From: Octopus sinensis
Lineage: Eukaryota
DNA length: 64,000 bases
Assembly (NCBI RefSeq): GCF_006345805.1
Contig: NC_042999.1
Coordinates: 108,748,001-108,812,000, forward strand
Direction of reading: 5' to 3'
How positions within the stretch are numbered: position 1 is the stretch's first letter; each line of letters starts with the position of its first letter. This document shows, one piece after another, positions 37,449-51,015 of this stretch. The position numbers and the translations under genes are program-made. The notes under the pieces are model-generated. The model ran no database searches. It worked only from the letters and a program-made list of their open reading frames with translations, and had not been told where the DNA came from.

Positions 37449-37700
37449 CTCTTGTTTCAGTCATTTGATTGTGGCCTTGTGAGTGGATTTGGTAGTCGGA
37501 AACTGAAAGAAGCCTGTTGTATGTATATGTATGTATGTATTTGTGTGTCTGTGTCTACATCCCTGTAACTTAGCAGTTCGTTAAAAAGATATTGATAGAA
37601 TAAGTAGTAAGCTTACAAAGAATGAGTTCTGGGGTCAATTTGTTTGACTAAAGGTGGTGCTCCAGCATGGCTGCAGTCAAATGACTGAAACAAATATAAG
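37449..37700 (+). mobile_element. Family A SINE 3' part fused to an inverted tail fragment
   Basis: 37449-37476 is the reverse-complemented tail. It joins at GGCC to the plus-strand body TTGTGAGTGGATTTGGTAGTCGG...GCAGTCAAATGACTGAAACAA. Confidence 0.8.
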
Positions 37701-37777
37701 AATATATATAATTTATTGAAACTGAAAAAAAAATGTTGTTTTTCTAGTATTATTTTTTCCATTATTTCTTTTAGTAC

Positions 37778-37782
<5 letters not shown>

Positions 37783-37828
<46 letters not shown>

Positions 37829-37881
37829 TAGATAGATAGATAGATAGATACAGACAGATAGATAGATAGATAGATACAGAC

Positions 37882-37918
<37 letters not shown>

Positions 37919-37923
37919 CAGAC

Positions 37924-37954
<31 letters not shown>

Positions 37955-38049
37955 GACAGACAGATAGATAGATAGAGACAGACAGATAGATAGATAGATA
38001 GAGACAGACAGACATATAGACAGACAGATAGATAGACAGACAGACTGAC
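37783..38049. repeat. Compound microsatellite (TA)n-(GATA)n/(GACA)n
   Basis: Directly visible. It explains the SIYL-repeat ORFs at 37613 and 37782. Confidence 0.95.
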
Positions 38050-38994
38050 AGGTATTCAATATTTCTTAAAGTTCTTTGAATTTCCCTTTTAAATGTTTTT
38101 GTTAAGTGTTAAAGAGAACGTCACATACAGATGAAATCAAACTAAAATTAATAAGTCATGTTTTTGTATTTTGAAAAATGTTCGATATGATGATTAGGTT
38201 AGTAGAATGATATATAAGAAAATATCAACATGCAGCTTTAAAAGACACTTTTATCATTTCTAGAAATACAATTATGATCCCTTTTCTTCTTTTATTAAAT
38301 GATATTATTTTAACTAGGGCAATTATTTATCTATTTTCATGTTTTGTTATAAATGAAAATGTTTTTGTTTTGTTTTTTATTTTGTACCTAGACTTACTGA
38401 ATGTTCTTGAAATGAGCCATTATTCAAATTTACGTTCTTTTATACATAATTGGTTTTTCTATTTACCATTTATTACAGAATGGATTTTTTACAATAGCTT
38501 TATTTTTATAACATTCTATAGCTTATTTTTATAACATTGTATATATACAAGGCTTACTGTGCCAAATGTTTCCAAATTAAGTTTTGCATGTATATTTATT
38601 TTATTGTATCCTTTTTCAGAAAAAAAATGGCAAGAACATTTCTTACATTTAGAATACAAACCAAGGAATTTATAAAGTTTAGAAAATAATACAGAAAAAT
38701 AGAATTGTCAAATTACAGATGGCAAAAATAATTTTAAAATCTTTGGAAATTTAGTCCAAAGAATTTCAATATATTTGATATCTATGCTGTGGAAGCATTC
38801 TAAATAGAGTACCAATATTTTAGTACATCAGCTTAAAATGCTAAACATGGCATTAATGGAAAAATTGAATTTCCTTTCTGTAAAAGATTTCACATACTTT
38901 GTTAATTTGACAAAAGTTTACAATGATAAAATAAATAAACGCCGGGCCATGATCTTGGCTGATATTAACTGCTTCTTTCTCCTTTTCTCTCCAG

Positions 38995-39279
38995 CTGCAA
39001 CTCCTCGGCTTGGAGTGGTCCAAAGTTCCAAAACGAAGATAACGAAAGCACCTCTCCTCACCTCTCCACCTGTGTCATCTCCAACACCGCCTCCCTTGCC
39101 TCCCAAGAACTATTTATACAATGAGCTTGGCATTCCAAAACACTACAGCAGTGACTCTGCTCTTGGCTCACCAGATGTCAGCAGTGTCAGTGTTTCTGTG
39201 ACTACGGATGATATTGATGAATTGCCCGAGCTAGATCGGGAAGGACCAATGTCTGAAATAACTGAAGAAGCAGGAAATG
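38995..39279 (+). CDS. Internal coding exon, 285 nt, phase 1-1, Pro/Ser-rich then acidic low-complexity region of an unidentified protein
   Basis: The acceptor is ttaactgcttctttctccttttctctccag|CTGCAA, with a branch-like TTAAC and a long pyrimidine tract. The donor is GGAAATG|gttagt. The frame is open: ATPRLGVVQSSKTKITKAPLLTSPPVSSPTPPPLPPKNYLYNELGIPKHYSSDSALGSPDVSSVSVSVTTDDIDELPELDREGPMSEITEEAGN. GC and CpG content rise sharply over the exon only. Confidence 0.8.
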
Positions 39280-39814
39280 GTTAGTTAATGATAATTCTAC
39301 AAAAGCAATAAAACAAGAATTTCTTTAATGTTATAGATATAGTTTTAACATTTTTATCTCCATCTTGGGTTCTATATATAACCTTAACTATTTAACTTTA
39401 GTGAGTCATAGGCATCTAATTTGCTTTGGATACTTGCAGCATATGTTTGTGCCTTCAAAAAATATTTACTAGCACCCTTAAAACTTCCTTTTTATTTCAT
39501 AAATATTAGCATATATAAGACTAATTATTTCCTAGAAGCTTACAGCAAAACTTTTCCTCATGCTTTACAATATTTTTATTTCTTTACATATCTTTCTAAC
39601 ATTTTTGCTTCCTTAACATTTTTACAAGAGAAAAGCATATATTTCTATTATAAAATGAACACTACAATATTTTAAAGTTATAACAACCAGTGATATCTTA
39701 GTGGTTAAACAACATGTATATTTAGATATATTATGACACTGACACATACATACACACCCACCCACACATATGTATATACATATATATATATACACACACA
39801 CACGCATATATATA

Positions 39815-40030
39815 TCTGCTGTTGTTGTTTAGCCCCTGGTCAACCCTGATCAAATGAACCTATGAAATAAGGCACTCAAGTAATCACCCTCCCATCTTTT
39901 TAAGGGTATCTAATATTATATTATCCATTGCTTCCTTCACTTATTTATGAGTGTAAGATGTTATTTGCAGGAGATTTGGCTACTGCTTCTAGCAGTTGGA
40001 GTACTACCTCAAATAGAGTAGTTTGTTATG
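39815..40030 (-). mobile_element. Family E repeat
   Basis: GTTGTTGTTTAGCCCCTGGTCAACCCTGATC...CCTATG...GGAGATTTGGCTACTGCTTCTAGCAG. Confidence 0.65.
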
Positions 40031-41303
40031 GTGCGTTATATATGTCCTGTACTGAGACTAAAATAATAAACACAGAACAATATTTAACAGATAATGCTGA
40101 CCAATTTCTATCTTAGGTAGGAGATTATCTGGATAATTTACCTTCTAAGACACACATCTATAATCTTTTAACTCCCTCCATTAACACAGTCAGTATTCAG
40201 TTGAATAGAATTTAATGTTTCTAAAGCTTAGCTACTAATTATCTGATACATCCATGCAAAAGAACTTTTCTTTTTTTTTAGCTGTAGAAAAGGAGTAGGA
40301 ATTTTAATCAATAAGAATCTCATAAAAAGGTGTGTTTTATTTAGTTTCTAATTAAAAGAACTTTGGTTGATCTATTCTTAACATTGGCTCCAGGAAAAGT
40401 AATTCTGTCTGATTTTGATTGATCACCTGAAATTGGTTGAAGTTTCTAATTTAGTGAATAGCAAGTGTAAATGCAACGCCATTAGTTTGAGAAAATCTGT
40501 AAGATTTTGCTGTGAGTTGACTCACTTAATACCTTATAATCCTCACCAGAACAAAGCAGTTTTAGGAATAATGAAATATAATCCATGATTAACACAGTAT
40601 GATAATTCTAACAAGAATGTTCAGCTGGTATTTTCTAAATATGGAAAGTGTCCACATTGTCAACCATCATCCAAATGCTATTCCACTATCTATGTCTTTT
40701 TTCCCTCTTTATTTCTCTTAAATATCCTTAATATATACCAAATCCATTTGGCAATTAACTAACTATAGTTGAAAGATTATTGAAATTAGAGAATTTACAT
40801 GCTTTTCTTTCCAATCTTTATTTAATATTTTCTATTTATTTACATATATTTGCTTTTTAAAACTTTTTTTCTCTTTGCAATTAATGAATGTGTGTGTACA
40901 TGCATATGCACATAAAACAATCTTATTGAGATAAATCAGTGGTTTTTTAGATGTGAAACAAAATTATTGAGACCAAGTAATGAGGGTTAATTCCGATTTC
41001 AATAATATAGAAACTTGGAGGAAAATTATTTTTCCACATTTCTGTGGAGACTTAAAACGCCTGGATTTCAAAGGTACTTAACTATGTAAACTTATAGTAG
41101 GCAGGTTGTGGCTAAATTTTCAAGATCTAATTTTTATATATCCATGCTCACACACATCTATGCAGTTTAAAACTACTTGTTCTCAGATTGTAATGCCCAC
41201 TCTGATAAGTATGTATCTATTATTCTGAATCTGTTTATATACATGCGTGTGCACATGTGTATACACACACATGTATGTGTGTATGCATATATATATACAT
41301 ACT

Positions 41304-41350
<47 letters not shown>

Positions 41351-42449
41351 TAGATGAGATTATAAATGAAATAAACTAAGATTAATGTTCTGATAATTAT
41401 AAGACATTGCTGAGAATTAACTTTACAGAATTATCAAATTTAATCAGCTTGTAAAGCTGATTAAATCTTCAACAGAATGTTGTGATTGACCATCAAGATT
41501 TCTAGGAATATCTATAATGGATCCAAATCTGCAGCTTATGTGAAACTAAAAATTTCCCCGTGTCTATCATGTGTGTCTGTTTGTGTCGGCATTCATCCAA
41601 AACATGTTGAGAAAGTTCCAACTAGTAGATCAACAGCTGGAGATTCACTAATGAAATTTCATCGGAAATATGGTTTTTACAGGAAGTCTTCAGTTGTAAA
41701 CATATGCTATACATCACCTGTAAAGAGATACTTTATGTGCAAGTCCATGTTTATGTGTAATATACATACATGTGTGTGTAAGTGTTTGTTTATCATGAAG
41801 TTAATTGAACAGTAAAAAGAATTTACATTTAAGCAAATCACAAAATGTGTGGACATAACAAGATTATAAGTAGAAGAACAGTAACTGTGTCCCACTAAGT
41901 TCTTATATAATCTTTTATGTCCATACTAAACTATAAAAGCAACTGTAACAGGCAAATTTGTAAATAGGTTCAAAAGCATAAACCTTGTATGTACATGTGA
42001 GAAAGAAAGAAAACCGAAGAGATAAAAACATTATTATTATCAAGTTTTATTTCAATAAACGTTTTAACCACAAAATTGCTTAATAAGAGACAAAACTTAA
42101 GTATATGATATAATATTTTGGACTTTAAATATCACCTGTACAGATGAAATATTTGTTCACACCAGCATTACATGTTTTGTTTGACTCTCAATCATAACCA
42201 GTACTAGATTGGATTTGAACTAAAAAATGTATTTCCAAACTAAGAAAATGAAGCCCTTGTCTACTAAACCACTGAAAGCAAATCAGTCTTGTATGATGTA
42301 TATATTCGGTAATAAGACATCTGATGATAATCTGATCAAACCAAGTGAATTACAGTACTGAAGCAAAAGCTGAGGATACTAGTCCAAATTATATAGTTTT
42401 ATGTATACTTACATTTGTTTATGTGTATGTACATGCATACATATATGTT

Positions 42450-42523
<74 letters not shown>

Positions 42524-42524
<1 letters not shown>

Positions 42525-42916
42525 TAGCAGTATTGCCCGGCGTTGCTCGGGTTTGTAAGGGAAATAACTATATAAGCATTTTTAGAGATGTAAAGTATAA
42601 TAGCCATCTCAATATGGCTAACCACAAAGGGGGGGTGGTTACTGTAGCTTTTTACGTTCTAAGATTTAATAATAAATTTTTAGAGAGTTACTTCCCTTAT
42701 ATATGCGAAAAATGAATTAAAAATGGGAAAAATTTATGGTAATTTTTTTTTAAATCGTAGACTCATCGTAGACGCGCACTAATACCCAGAAGGGGTCGAT
42801 ATGAATCACGACTATAAGATACCCAGTTTTGGTTAAACTGCACTGCAAAATGTGAGAGTAGTTAGGAATCTAAATCGTAGGAGACAGACAGCACACAACC
42901 TCTCTTTTATATATAA

Positions 42917-42919
<3 letters not shown>
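42524..42919 (-). mobile_element. 396-bp non-autonomous Helitron inserted at A|T inside a long (TA)n
   Basis: The minus strand begins a|TCTTTATATATAAAAG and ends CCCGAGCAACGCCGGG-CAATACTG-CTAG|t. That gives a 5' TC, a GC-rich subterminal hairpin (42536-42551), a 3' CTAG and no TSD, which is canonical Helitron structure. It is CpG-rich and flanked by (TA)n on both sides. Confidence 0.85.
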
Positions 42920-42953
<34 letters not shown>

Positions 42954-43019
42954 CTCTCTCTCATATACATACACATACATACATAAATGTAAATATTTTT
43001 GAAAACACATATGCATATT

Positions 43020-43300
43020 GCTTTTTTGAGTATTGGGTTTTCAGTCTGTAGGTTCAATTTGTGGACTGGGTGATGCATAATATCCTTCATTTCGCATTGC
43101 TCTTCATTTCACATTGCTCCAATTTATTTAGCTGAAATGAGTATTAGTTGAATATTGAGAGACTGCCTACATCTTATGATTATGTGGGTACCTAAAATGA
43201 TTAATGAAAGCATGGTACATGCTGCCAAGTGTGTGATGGCTGTAGGGTTGGGTGAAATCAAGTGTGAAGATGCATTTGTATGTATGTGTGTGTATATATA
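43020..43300 (+). mobile_element. CORE-like SINE (family D), decayed
   Basis: GTAGGTTCAATTTGTGGACTGGGTGATGC...CTTCATTTCACATTGCTCCA, with a 17-bp internal tandem duplication. Confidence 0.5.
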
Positions 43301-44035
43301 TATGTGTATGTGTGTGTGTGTATGTATGTATGTATGTACGTATGTATGTATGGGGCAGGGTGAGTGGGTTCATGTGTGTTCATACATAGACAGATATAAA
43401 TGTACACATATATGTATATATAAACATAGGCATGGCTGGATGATGATGTGATATTTACATTCCTTGTTCACATGGCGATCAGGCACTTTGCACTTTAAAA
43501 AAATAATGAGGTAAGATTTCCTTACAGGTTGATTGCATGATGGATATATCTGGCTATAAACTGCCACATCAAATAGGTTTCCATCTAATACCTGTTAGCT
43601 GCGGGGGGGAAAAAGCAAATGTTAATAAATGTTGTGATTGTATTATATCAGCATATGACATTGTTTCTGCAATTTTCTTACCTTGTGACCCTTTTTATCA
43701 CAGACAAGTTTCCTTATGACCTTCTTTCATTGCGATAAAATTCAGTAAGTTATAAACAACTACAACCCATATATGATTGTATTAAACGAAAAAATTATTA
43801 AAAGCCAACTGAAACTCAGGAAATATAAAACAGTAAGGATACAAGACCACAGAAAACCTTACTAATAACTAAACTATTTATTGTAACAGTAACTTCATTG
43901 ACATGAATGTATTTGTTTCAACACAATACATCAAACTGTAGCTTGATATTTGTCAGTGATGTCTTTAATATTTGAGCAGTATCTTTACTTTATTGCTGTT
44001 ACAACTATAAATTCAGATTCACACACACACACACA

Positions 44036-44094
<59 letters not shown>

Positions 44095-44361
44095 AAAGGA
44101 AATGATTGGAAAGCTACCATTGCTAATTCAGGCAATTGCAAGAAATGCCGTAGCTTATTTCTGAATGTTCAAGTGTCAGATTAGAATTGTACGATGCCTT
44201 TGCAAATTGTTCTTGGGTTTTCTAACAAAATAAAAAATATAAAAAATAAAACGTTTCCACATTCCATTACTAGAATTAATTGAATTGGGATCCTATCTAA
44301 TTTCAGTTGTTTATATCTGGTAGAAAATATTTGCTGAACTATTTTTCCATACTTACCATGC

Positions 44362-44720
44362 AGGCATGGTAATATAGTTAAGAAGTTGATTCCCAACTAG
44401 GTTCAGTCTCACTCACAGCACCTTGGGCAAGTGTCTTCTGTTATAGCCCTATGCACACCAAAATCTTGTGAGGCAGTTTACAAGACAGAAGCTAAAAAAT
44501 AAGTCTGTCATGTATATGTACACACGCATTTGTGTGTCTGCATCTTTTACATTGACACCTCTCCAAATATCATGAGCTACCAACTGTGATGATATTTCTC
44601 CTGTCAACAAATCATTCTGGCTTTGTGACTTAGAGGACATGTGTGATAGGGGACCGCTTACTTGGAAAACAGGAAGGACATCCAGCTGTAAAAACAATGC
44701 CTTAGTAACACACATTGGAA
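44362..44720 (+). mobile_element. Family A head plus RTE-like 3' part SINE
   Basis: CCCAACTAGGTTCAGTCTCAC...CACCTTGGGCAAGTGTCTTCTGTTATAGCC...GGAAGGACATCCAGCTGTAAAAAC. Confidence 0.75.
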
Positions 44721-47122
44721 AATAGACATAAAAGTTGCCAAATCAGTCTACCAAAATTTTTATTATGATCTTTTCAGTCAAATTAAAAATCAGACTATTC
44801 CCACTGACAAAATTATCCAAGCATGAAAACATTTCTAAGCTGCTGTTTTATCCTGTATATTCCATAGGTTTATTTTTTGGTCATGAATTCTTCAATTTTA
44901 CCTTTTAACATTAAATTCATTAAGCTTTTCAGATATTTCTGATAAAAGTAATTTTATTCTTTTTTTTTAAAGTCTATTAGTCACCTCAGGAGCTTTCCCT
45001 TTGACAGCAATTGCACTTCTATATGCAGTAAGTGACTGCTCACATAAATTTGTGAATATAAGGCTATTCAATATGTTGGTACATAGACTAACATAGTTAT
45101 TTCATTTCAGACCTAATTCCATTAAAAGAGGGTCCACTTTGAGGAAGACATTTTCACCTCTTGTACATCTTTCTAATGACTGACAAAAGTGCCAAGTCCT
45201 CAGTAAAACTGTTTTTATATGAATTTCTAACAAATATCAACAATTGAGCTGTATTTATAATATCACCTTATTTATCCATATGAATCACAAATTTATTACT
45301 TTCTGTAATTCATTAATAATTTGCACAAGTTAGATATTGCTAATTTCTGCAATTCTTTTGCATACCATATCATTTGACAGTGAATTTTTCTTCTTTATTT
45401 CATCCACATAGGTTGTATAAGTCTCTTGCCAATTAATGAATGGTTTCATAGCTTTTGTAATTAGTTATATTTCTTGAACCAGTATATCTCTTTTAACGAT
45501 GTGTTTTTGTAATTTTGAAGATGTTAATAGTGTTTTTAGAAAACTGGTAAAGATTTTATGGCATAAGAAGTGTGCCTGGTATGAAAATTTTTAAGTTAGC
45601 AAGTTTCATACATTCATTCATCAAATATTCATTACAAATTAAGCAGACTAGATGGGCCTCTTCATGCATTCTACCAAAATTAAATCCATATTGCAAAAAC
45701 GATTCACTGTACTCTTTTTGATACAGAGTGTTCACCTTTTAAGATTTCACCTTGTGATTTGTATTATTGCATTCAGGTTTTGCAAGAAATAATACTTCAG
45801 TTATTATATTCTTTGACAAATTTAACCATTTCTCCATAGAGATTTACTTTCAGTTCTCCATGCAAAAAAAAAAAAAAATTAACTGATATTTTAAAAATAG
45901 CAGTAAAGAAATTATTAAAGCAATAACTCACTTGAGATGAATATATAAATATTTAAATAATTCAAAACCTTGTACTTGTATATATTTTATTGGATTAATT
46001 TTATGTGATATAAAATTACTCTAGTAACAAAAAATATTGTGTCATTAGTTATTGACCTTTTGAGTAAATTACACATCACAGTTAAATTATCTCAACAAGT
46101 ACATACTATATATATATATATATATATAATATATATTTGAATTAAAAATTATGGCTGCGAATACCGATCTTAATACTACACAACTGAACATAAGATACTG
46201 TGTCAACTATCGCAAGACAATATCAAATATGCTACCAATCATTATAAAATCAAAAGTTAATTTTAGTAAACTACAAAAAAAATGAGTATTGATTAAAAAA
46301 TTTAGAAGCAAGTGGTTTGTAAATGCTCTTTTGCACCATCAACAAATGTTTTTATAGTGTAACAGCCATTAACTGTCATTGCTCTCAGTGTAAAACTATG
46401 AGTTTAGTACAAATTCTGAAGTTTAGTACAAATTCATATTATTTTCACTTACAGAATGACTTTGTTCAAATGAATTGTCATTACATATTATCCAGAAGAG
46501 GTTGAAAGAATCTGTGCATTGTTTATGTAGATATATATATAAAATTGACAGAGTTCCAGAATATATCCTATCTCATCACATAGACCATACATATAAAACT
46601 TATAACCTATTTTCTTTTTACCTTAGTATATTTGTACATAATACATACATACATACATATGTACATATCTACGTACGTATGTATGTATGTATGTATACAT
46701 CTGCATACATTGTTAACTTATCACTCATTGAGTCTTTTTTTTAATGGCACTATTTGTGTTTTTCAGACTTAAGGTATTTCTCCTTCATCAAAATCATTTA
46801 GAGAATTGACCAAACAGTGGTGGTCATCATTGCAATTTTTATATTCTTTATCCATTGTTCTTTTACTAGTTTTCATCATTGAACTCTGACCACTTTGGGG
46901 TATCACCTTCTAACATATAATAGATTTCATTGATAGAGCTCCTGCTTCCTGTACTTATTTTGTCAGCTAGTATTTATCTTGTCAATCTCCATAAATGCAA
47001 ATTGGACATGAGTAGGATTTGAACTCAGAATATAAAACAGCATAAACAAATACCACAAGGTAATCTGTCCAGTGCTCTACCAATTCTATCCATTACAATT
47101 ATGATTATATAGTTAGTATTTA

Positions 47123-47512
47123 TCTCTTTTACTTGTTTCAGTCATTAGACTGCTGTCATGCTGGGGCACTGCCTTGAATTTTCTTTTAATCAAATGAGAT
47201 GACCACAGTACTTTTTTTTTTAAGCCTGGTACTTATTCTATTGGTCTCTTTGCCAAACCACAAAGCTATGGAGATGTAAACACACCAACACTGGTTGTCA
47301 AGTGGTGGTGGGGGACAAACACAGGCACAAAAACGCACACACACACATATATATATGACGGGCTTCTTTCTGTTTCCGTCTATCACATCCACACACAAGG
47401 CCTTGGTCAGCCCCAAGCTATAACAAAAGACACTTGCCCAAGGTGCCACGCAGTGGAACTGAACCTGGAGCTAGGTGGTCAGGAAGCAAACTTCCTATAA
47501 CACAGCCATCTC
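47123..47512 (-). mobile_element. Full-length family A SINE, well preserved
   Basis: CTCTTTTACTTGTTTCAGTCATTAGACTG...ACACTTGCCCAAGGTGCCACGCAGTGGAACTGAACCTGG...CACAGCCATC. A family C remnant lies directly to its left (46960-47100). Confidence 0.9.
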
Positions 47513-47959
47513 TGTACCAATAATTTTTATCATTTCACAAGCTTTATTACTGCATACATTCATTGTATAACCAAAAACTTCTTTAAAGCATTGTGTATGT
47601 ACAGTTTAGTTTTATTTTTAGTTAATATTGTTTGTATTTACACTTCCCCAATATGTGCAGTACCAACTGGTGGTAGTTTTTTATATTTTGTGTATAATAA
47701 TCACATAAATTCTTCGACCTTGAGTAAATATTAAACTGAATTTCTTGTTATCATGCTTAGTACTGCTATTATTATTAGGGAATTATTTCTATTTCAAATT
47801 GACTCATTTTGGGTTTATGATTCAAGTAATTTCTCTACATCTTTTAAAAAGACATATTGTTATAGCAAAAGATCACATATTTTCCTATGATGGCCTTTAA
47901 AATTATTAATATTTATTCTCAGCAAGAAAAAATGTCTTTTTTTACCTTTTGCGTTGTGC

Positions 47960-48318
47960 TCACTTTATTCAAGACTGAAATCATACGGGAGCACCATCTT
48001 GATGGGTTTAATTGAACAAAACAATTCTAGTACTTATTTCTTAATTCTAGGATTTATGCTGTTGGTCTCTTTTACAAAACCACTAAATTACATGGACTTA
48101 AACAAAACTACACTAGCTGTCAAGTGGTAGAACAGAACAAACACACACACACTATGGGTCTCCACAGAGTTTTTGTTTACCAAATTCCCTGACAAAGTAT
48201 TTACTCACGAGTCAGCCTGGGACTATAGTAGAAGACACTTGCCCAAGATGTCATGCAGTGGAACTGAAACCCAAGCCACATGGTTGCAAAGCAAATTTCT
48301 TAACCACAGAGCCACACC
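47960..48318 (-). mobile_element. Full-length family A SINE, decayed
   Basis: Collinear with 47123-47512 (GGAGCACC...AGAAGACACTTGCCCAAGATGTCATGCAGTGGAACTGAAACC). Confidence 0.8.
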
Positions 48319-48889
48319 TGAAAAAATTCTTTTTTCTTGTATTTGCTGGGATTTTGGAGTTGAGGCTGAGTTCCCAGTCTATAATTCTGCCAACTTTGTT
48401 ATGTTAAATCTGTTCCAGCTAAAACCAGGCAGCCAGAAATAATGTCATTGATTGTCTACTTTCAATATTCTGTTTTATTATATATATTTCAGTTGTTTTT
48501 CGTGGAAAACACATATTTCTATAGTGATCAATAACCTTTTAGTCTTCATTGTTGCTACTGTTTTTGTTGTTGTTATTTAACCCCAGGCCAATCTGATTCA
48601 TCGAAAAATTGGATCAAAGGTCTTCCAGCTATGACAAGCCCATCGTTTTTTATTTTTAGATTTTTTGGACATAATATATCCAGATATACATCCTCAACAG
48701 TGTTCTTCCTTTATTACGATAATATAGTGTGGTTTGAAAGGGATTTGATTGTGATTTGCAGCAGGTTGACCAATTATAGAAGTTATCTCATTTATTTGCT
48801 TTTGAGCCACTTTTGATTTCTTCCTTCATTCTCTACTTTACAAAGTATTCCTCAGTATCAACTATAGATACTTCCCTTGGTCATAATTT

Positions 48890-49510
48890 CATGATCACCA
48901 TCCAGTGTTTTAAATGTGGGTTTTGTCTCCATTAACGGTGGTAGCCAGATCTACTTCAGTGCTGTAGCAACTGCCCTGATACTCCATCTTGCCTGGTTTT
49001 GGGTATCCTCCCTTCTCAAACCAACCCTCCTAATCTCCTCCTCTACCTGTCCCCTCCACGTTTTCCTTGGTCTACTTCGCTTTCGTGGTCCATTCACCTC
49101 AAACTCAAGCACCCTCCTCAGAACATACTCCTCATTCTTCCTCAACACATGCCCATACCACCGTACTTCATTCGCCCTTGCCAAGCCATTCCACCGATTC
49201 TTCCAACCCCAGCATCCCCAACAAGTCCTCAGTCCTCCTCTTATCAAACAGCTTCACACCACACATTTCTCTCACCATTGCTCTCCCGGTCCTTCTTAAA
49301 ATTGCCATCGCTCTCTCCCTCTGAGACACCATGTACAGCTCTCACGCAACTCCTATGGACCCTTCCTCTCATCTTCAATGAGAACCTTTTCCCATATAAC
49401 AATACTCCCCATTCCCTGAACTTCACCCAAGTCTCACTCTTGCTGTCACAACAGCTTCACATCCACCACTTACATGCAAACCCTCATCCTGGTTTGCTCA
49501 AGTATGACTT
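48890..49510 (-). mobile_element. RTE-clade LINE 3' fragment
   Basis: GGCEAVVTARVRLG / KFREWGVLLYGKRFSLKMRGRVHRSCVRA / LARANEVRWYGHVLRKNEEYVLRRVLEFEVNGPRKRSRPRKTWRGQVEEEIRRVGLRREDTQNQARW. These are classic RTE C-terminal motifs, followed by a short 3' UTR ending GGATGGTGATCATGA. Confidence 0.9.
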
Positions 49511-50636
49511 GCCATAACTTATGGTATTAATGTTACATTTTAAATTTCCTTTTAAGTGTTTTTTTTTATCTTTACTTATTTTATTTTTTTGTTTTAATAG
49601 TTGTGATGAAGATGAAGAATATATAAGTTGTTTCAAATTTTTGTCTTGTTCTTGTTAACCTTCATAAAATTAGAAGGCAATGTTTGCATTTTATAACAGT
49701 TTTACCATTTTGCTTTTGTATACCACTAAATACTGAGACAATTTTACAGTAATATTTTCAGTAATTTAAAATTACATCTCTATAATAATAATGGTAATAA
49801 TAAAGATAGTAAAAATAATATCTATTATTATTATTATTCCAATCACCATTTACATTGCACGTAACAGAATCAATATATCTTAGCAATATTTAATTACTGT
49901 GTTAAGTCTTTACATTATCATTCATCACAACAGGGACAATAAGATACATACTGGAATTATACCAGGATCAATTTAATTTAATAGAATGTTCCTCTATGTC
50001 CAAAACATGTGTCAATGTAACAAATTACTCTTATCATGATGTTGACAAGGATGTTGAATTGAGAATCTGTAGAATGTGAGAGAAAATACTTCTCTGCATT
50101 TAGAGATGTATCTTTAGGTTATATTCCAAGCATCTTTCTTGGGTCAATGAAATAAATATTAGTTAAGAACTGGTTCTAACCTAAGTAACTATATTCTTTT
50201 GACTATACCATTATTTTTGTTCACTCAGTATCTTGTTGTTCTGCAGGTGTTAGATATCAAGTAGCATCCTAAAATCTTAAGTATCAAGCACTTTTCTAAT
50301 GGTTCTTTCTGTGCCAAGCAAATAAGCTTTATGTAAGTTTCAGAAATTCACTTCAATATGCAACATCTTCAGCCAACAATTTAAACTTCTTGGCAACATT
50401 CCTAAGGCTCCTTTTCCAATTGGAATAATGACAATTTTACTTCAATTCTATATTCTCTGGAGTTCATGTTTTAAGGTCCTGCTATTTTTTTTTCTAATTT
50501 TTTCTTTTTTTGTCTACCACTCTAGTATCAAACGTGCAAGGAACATCTATTAAGCAAACATGCTCTTACCTTTTTATTATGTATGACAATATGTGCATGT
50601 GAATGTTTCATTTGCCTATCCATTATTATCATTATT

Positions 50637-51015
50637 ATTGAAGCAGTGAGTTTGGCAGAGGCACTAGCAAACTAGGCAAAATGCTTAGTGGCATTTTGTC
50701 CATCTTTATTTTCTGAGTCCATATTCCACTGAGGTTGACTTTGCCTTTGCTCCTTTTGAGTACTAGGGTCAATATAATCAACTTAACCTCTCCCCAAAAT
50801 TACTGACCTTGTGCCAAAAATTGAAACCATTATTATTACTATTATTATTATCATCATCATCACCTTTTCTTTTATACTATAAAGGTACTTGTTAATGGTG
50901 ATAATAATGATGATTTCTGGTTTAAACACAAGGCCAGCAATTTTGAGGGATAAGATTAGTGAGGTTAGTTGATACTATTGACATCAGTACTTGACTGGTA
51001 CTTTATTTTGGCTCC
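50637..51015. mobile_element. Tail-to-tail pair of family C SINEs (+ 50637-50845, - 50913-51015)
   Basis: The plus copy has GGCAAAATGCTTAGTGGCATTTTG...GAGGTTGACTTTGCCTTT...CTTGTGCCAAAAATTGAAACC. The minus copy has ACACAAGGCCAGCAATTTTGAGGG...CAGTACTTGACTGGTACTT. Confidence 0.75.

Noticed and set aside
37613-38059. 148-aa and 77-aa minus-strand ORFs
   Set aside because: They are translations of the (GATA)n/(TA)n microsatellite (SIYL repeats).
44973-45027. Possible exon ending GCA|GTAAGT encoding VTSGAFPLTAIALLYA
   Set aside because: There are three competing weak acceptors and no homology. It ends in phase 0, which is incompatible with the phase-1 56102 candidate. It remains a low-prior alternative only.
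48916-49517. Plus-strand ORFs of 127, 172 and 85 aa
   Set aside because: They are antisense shadows of the purine-rich RTE fragment on the minus strand.
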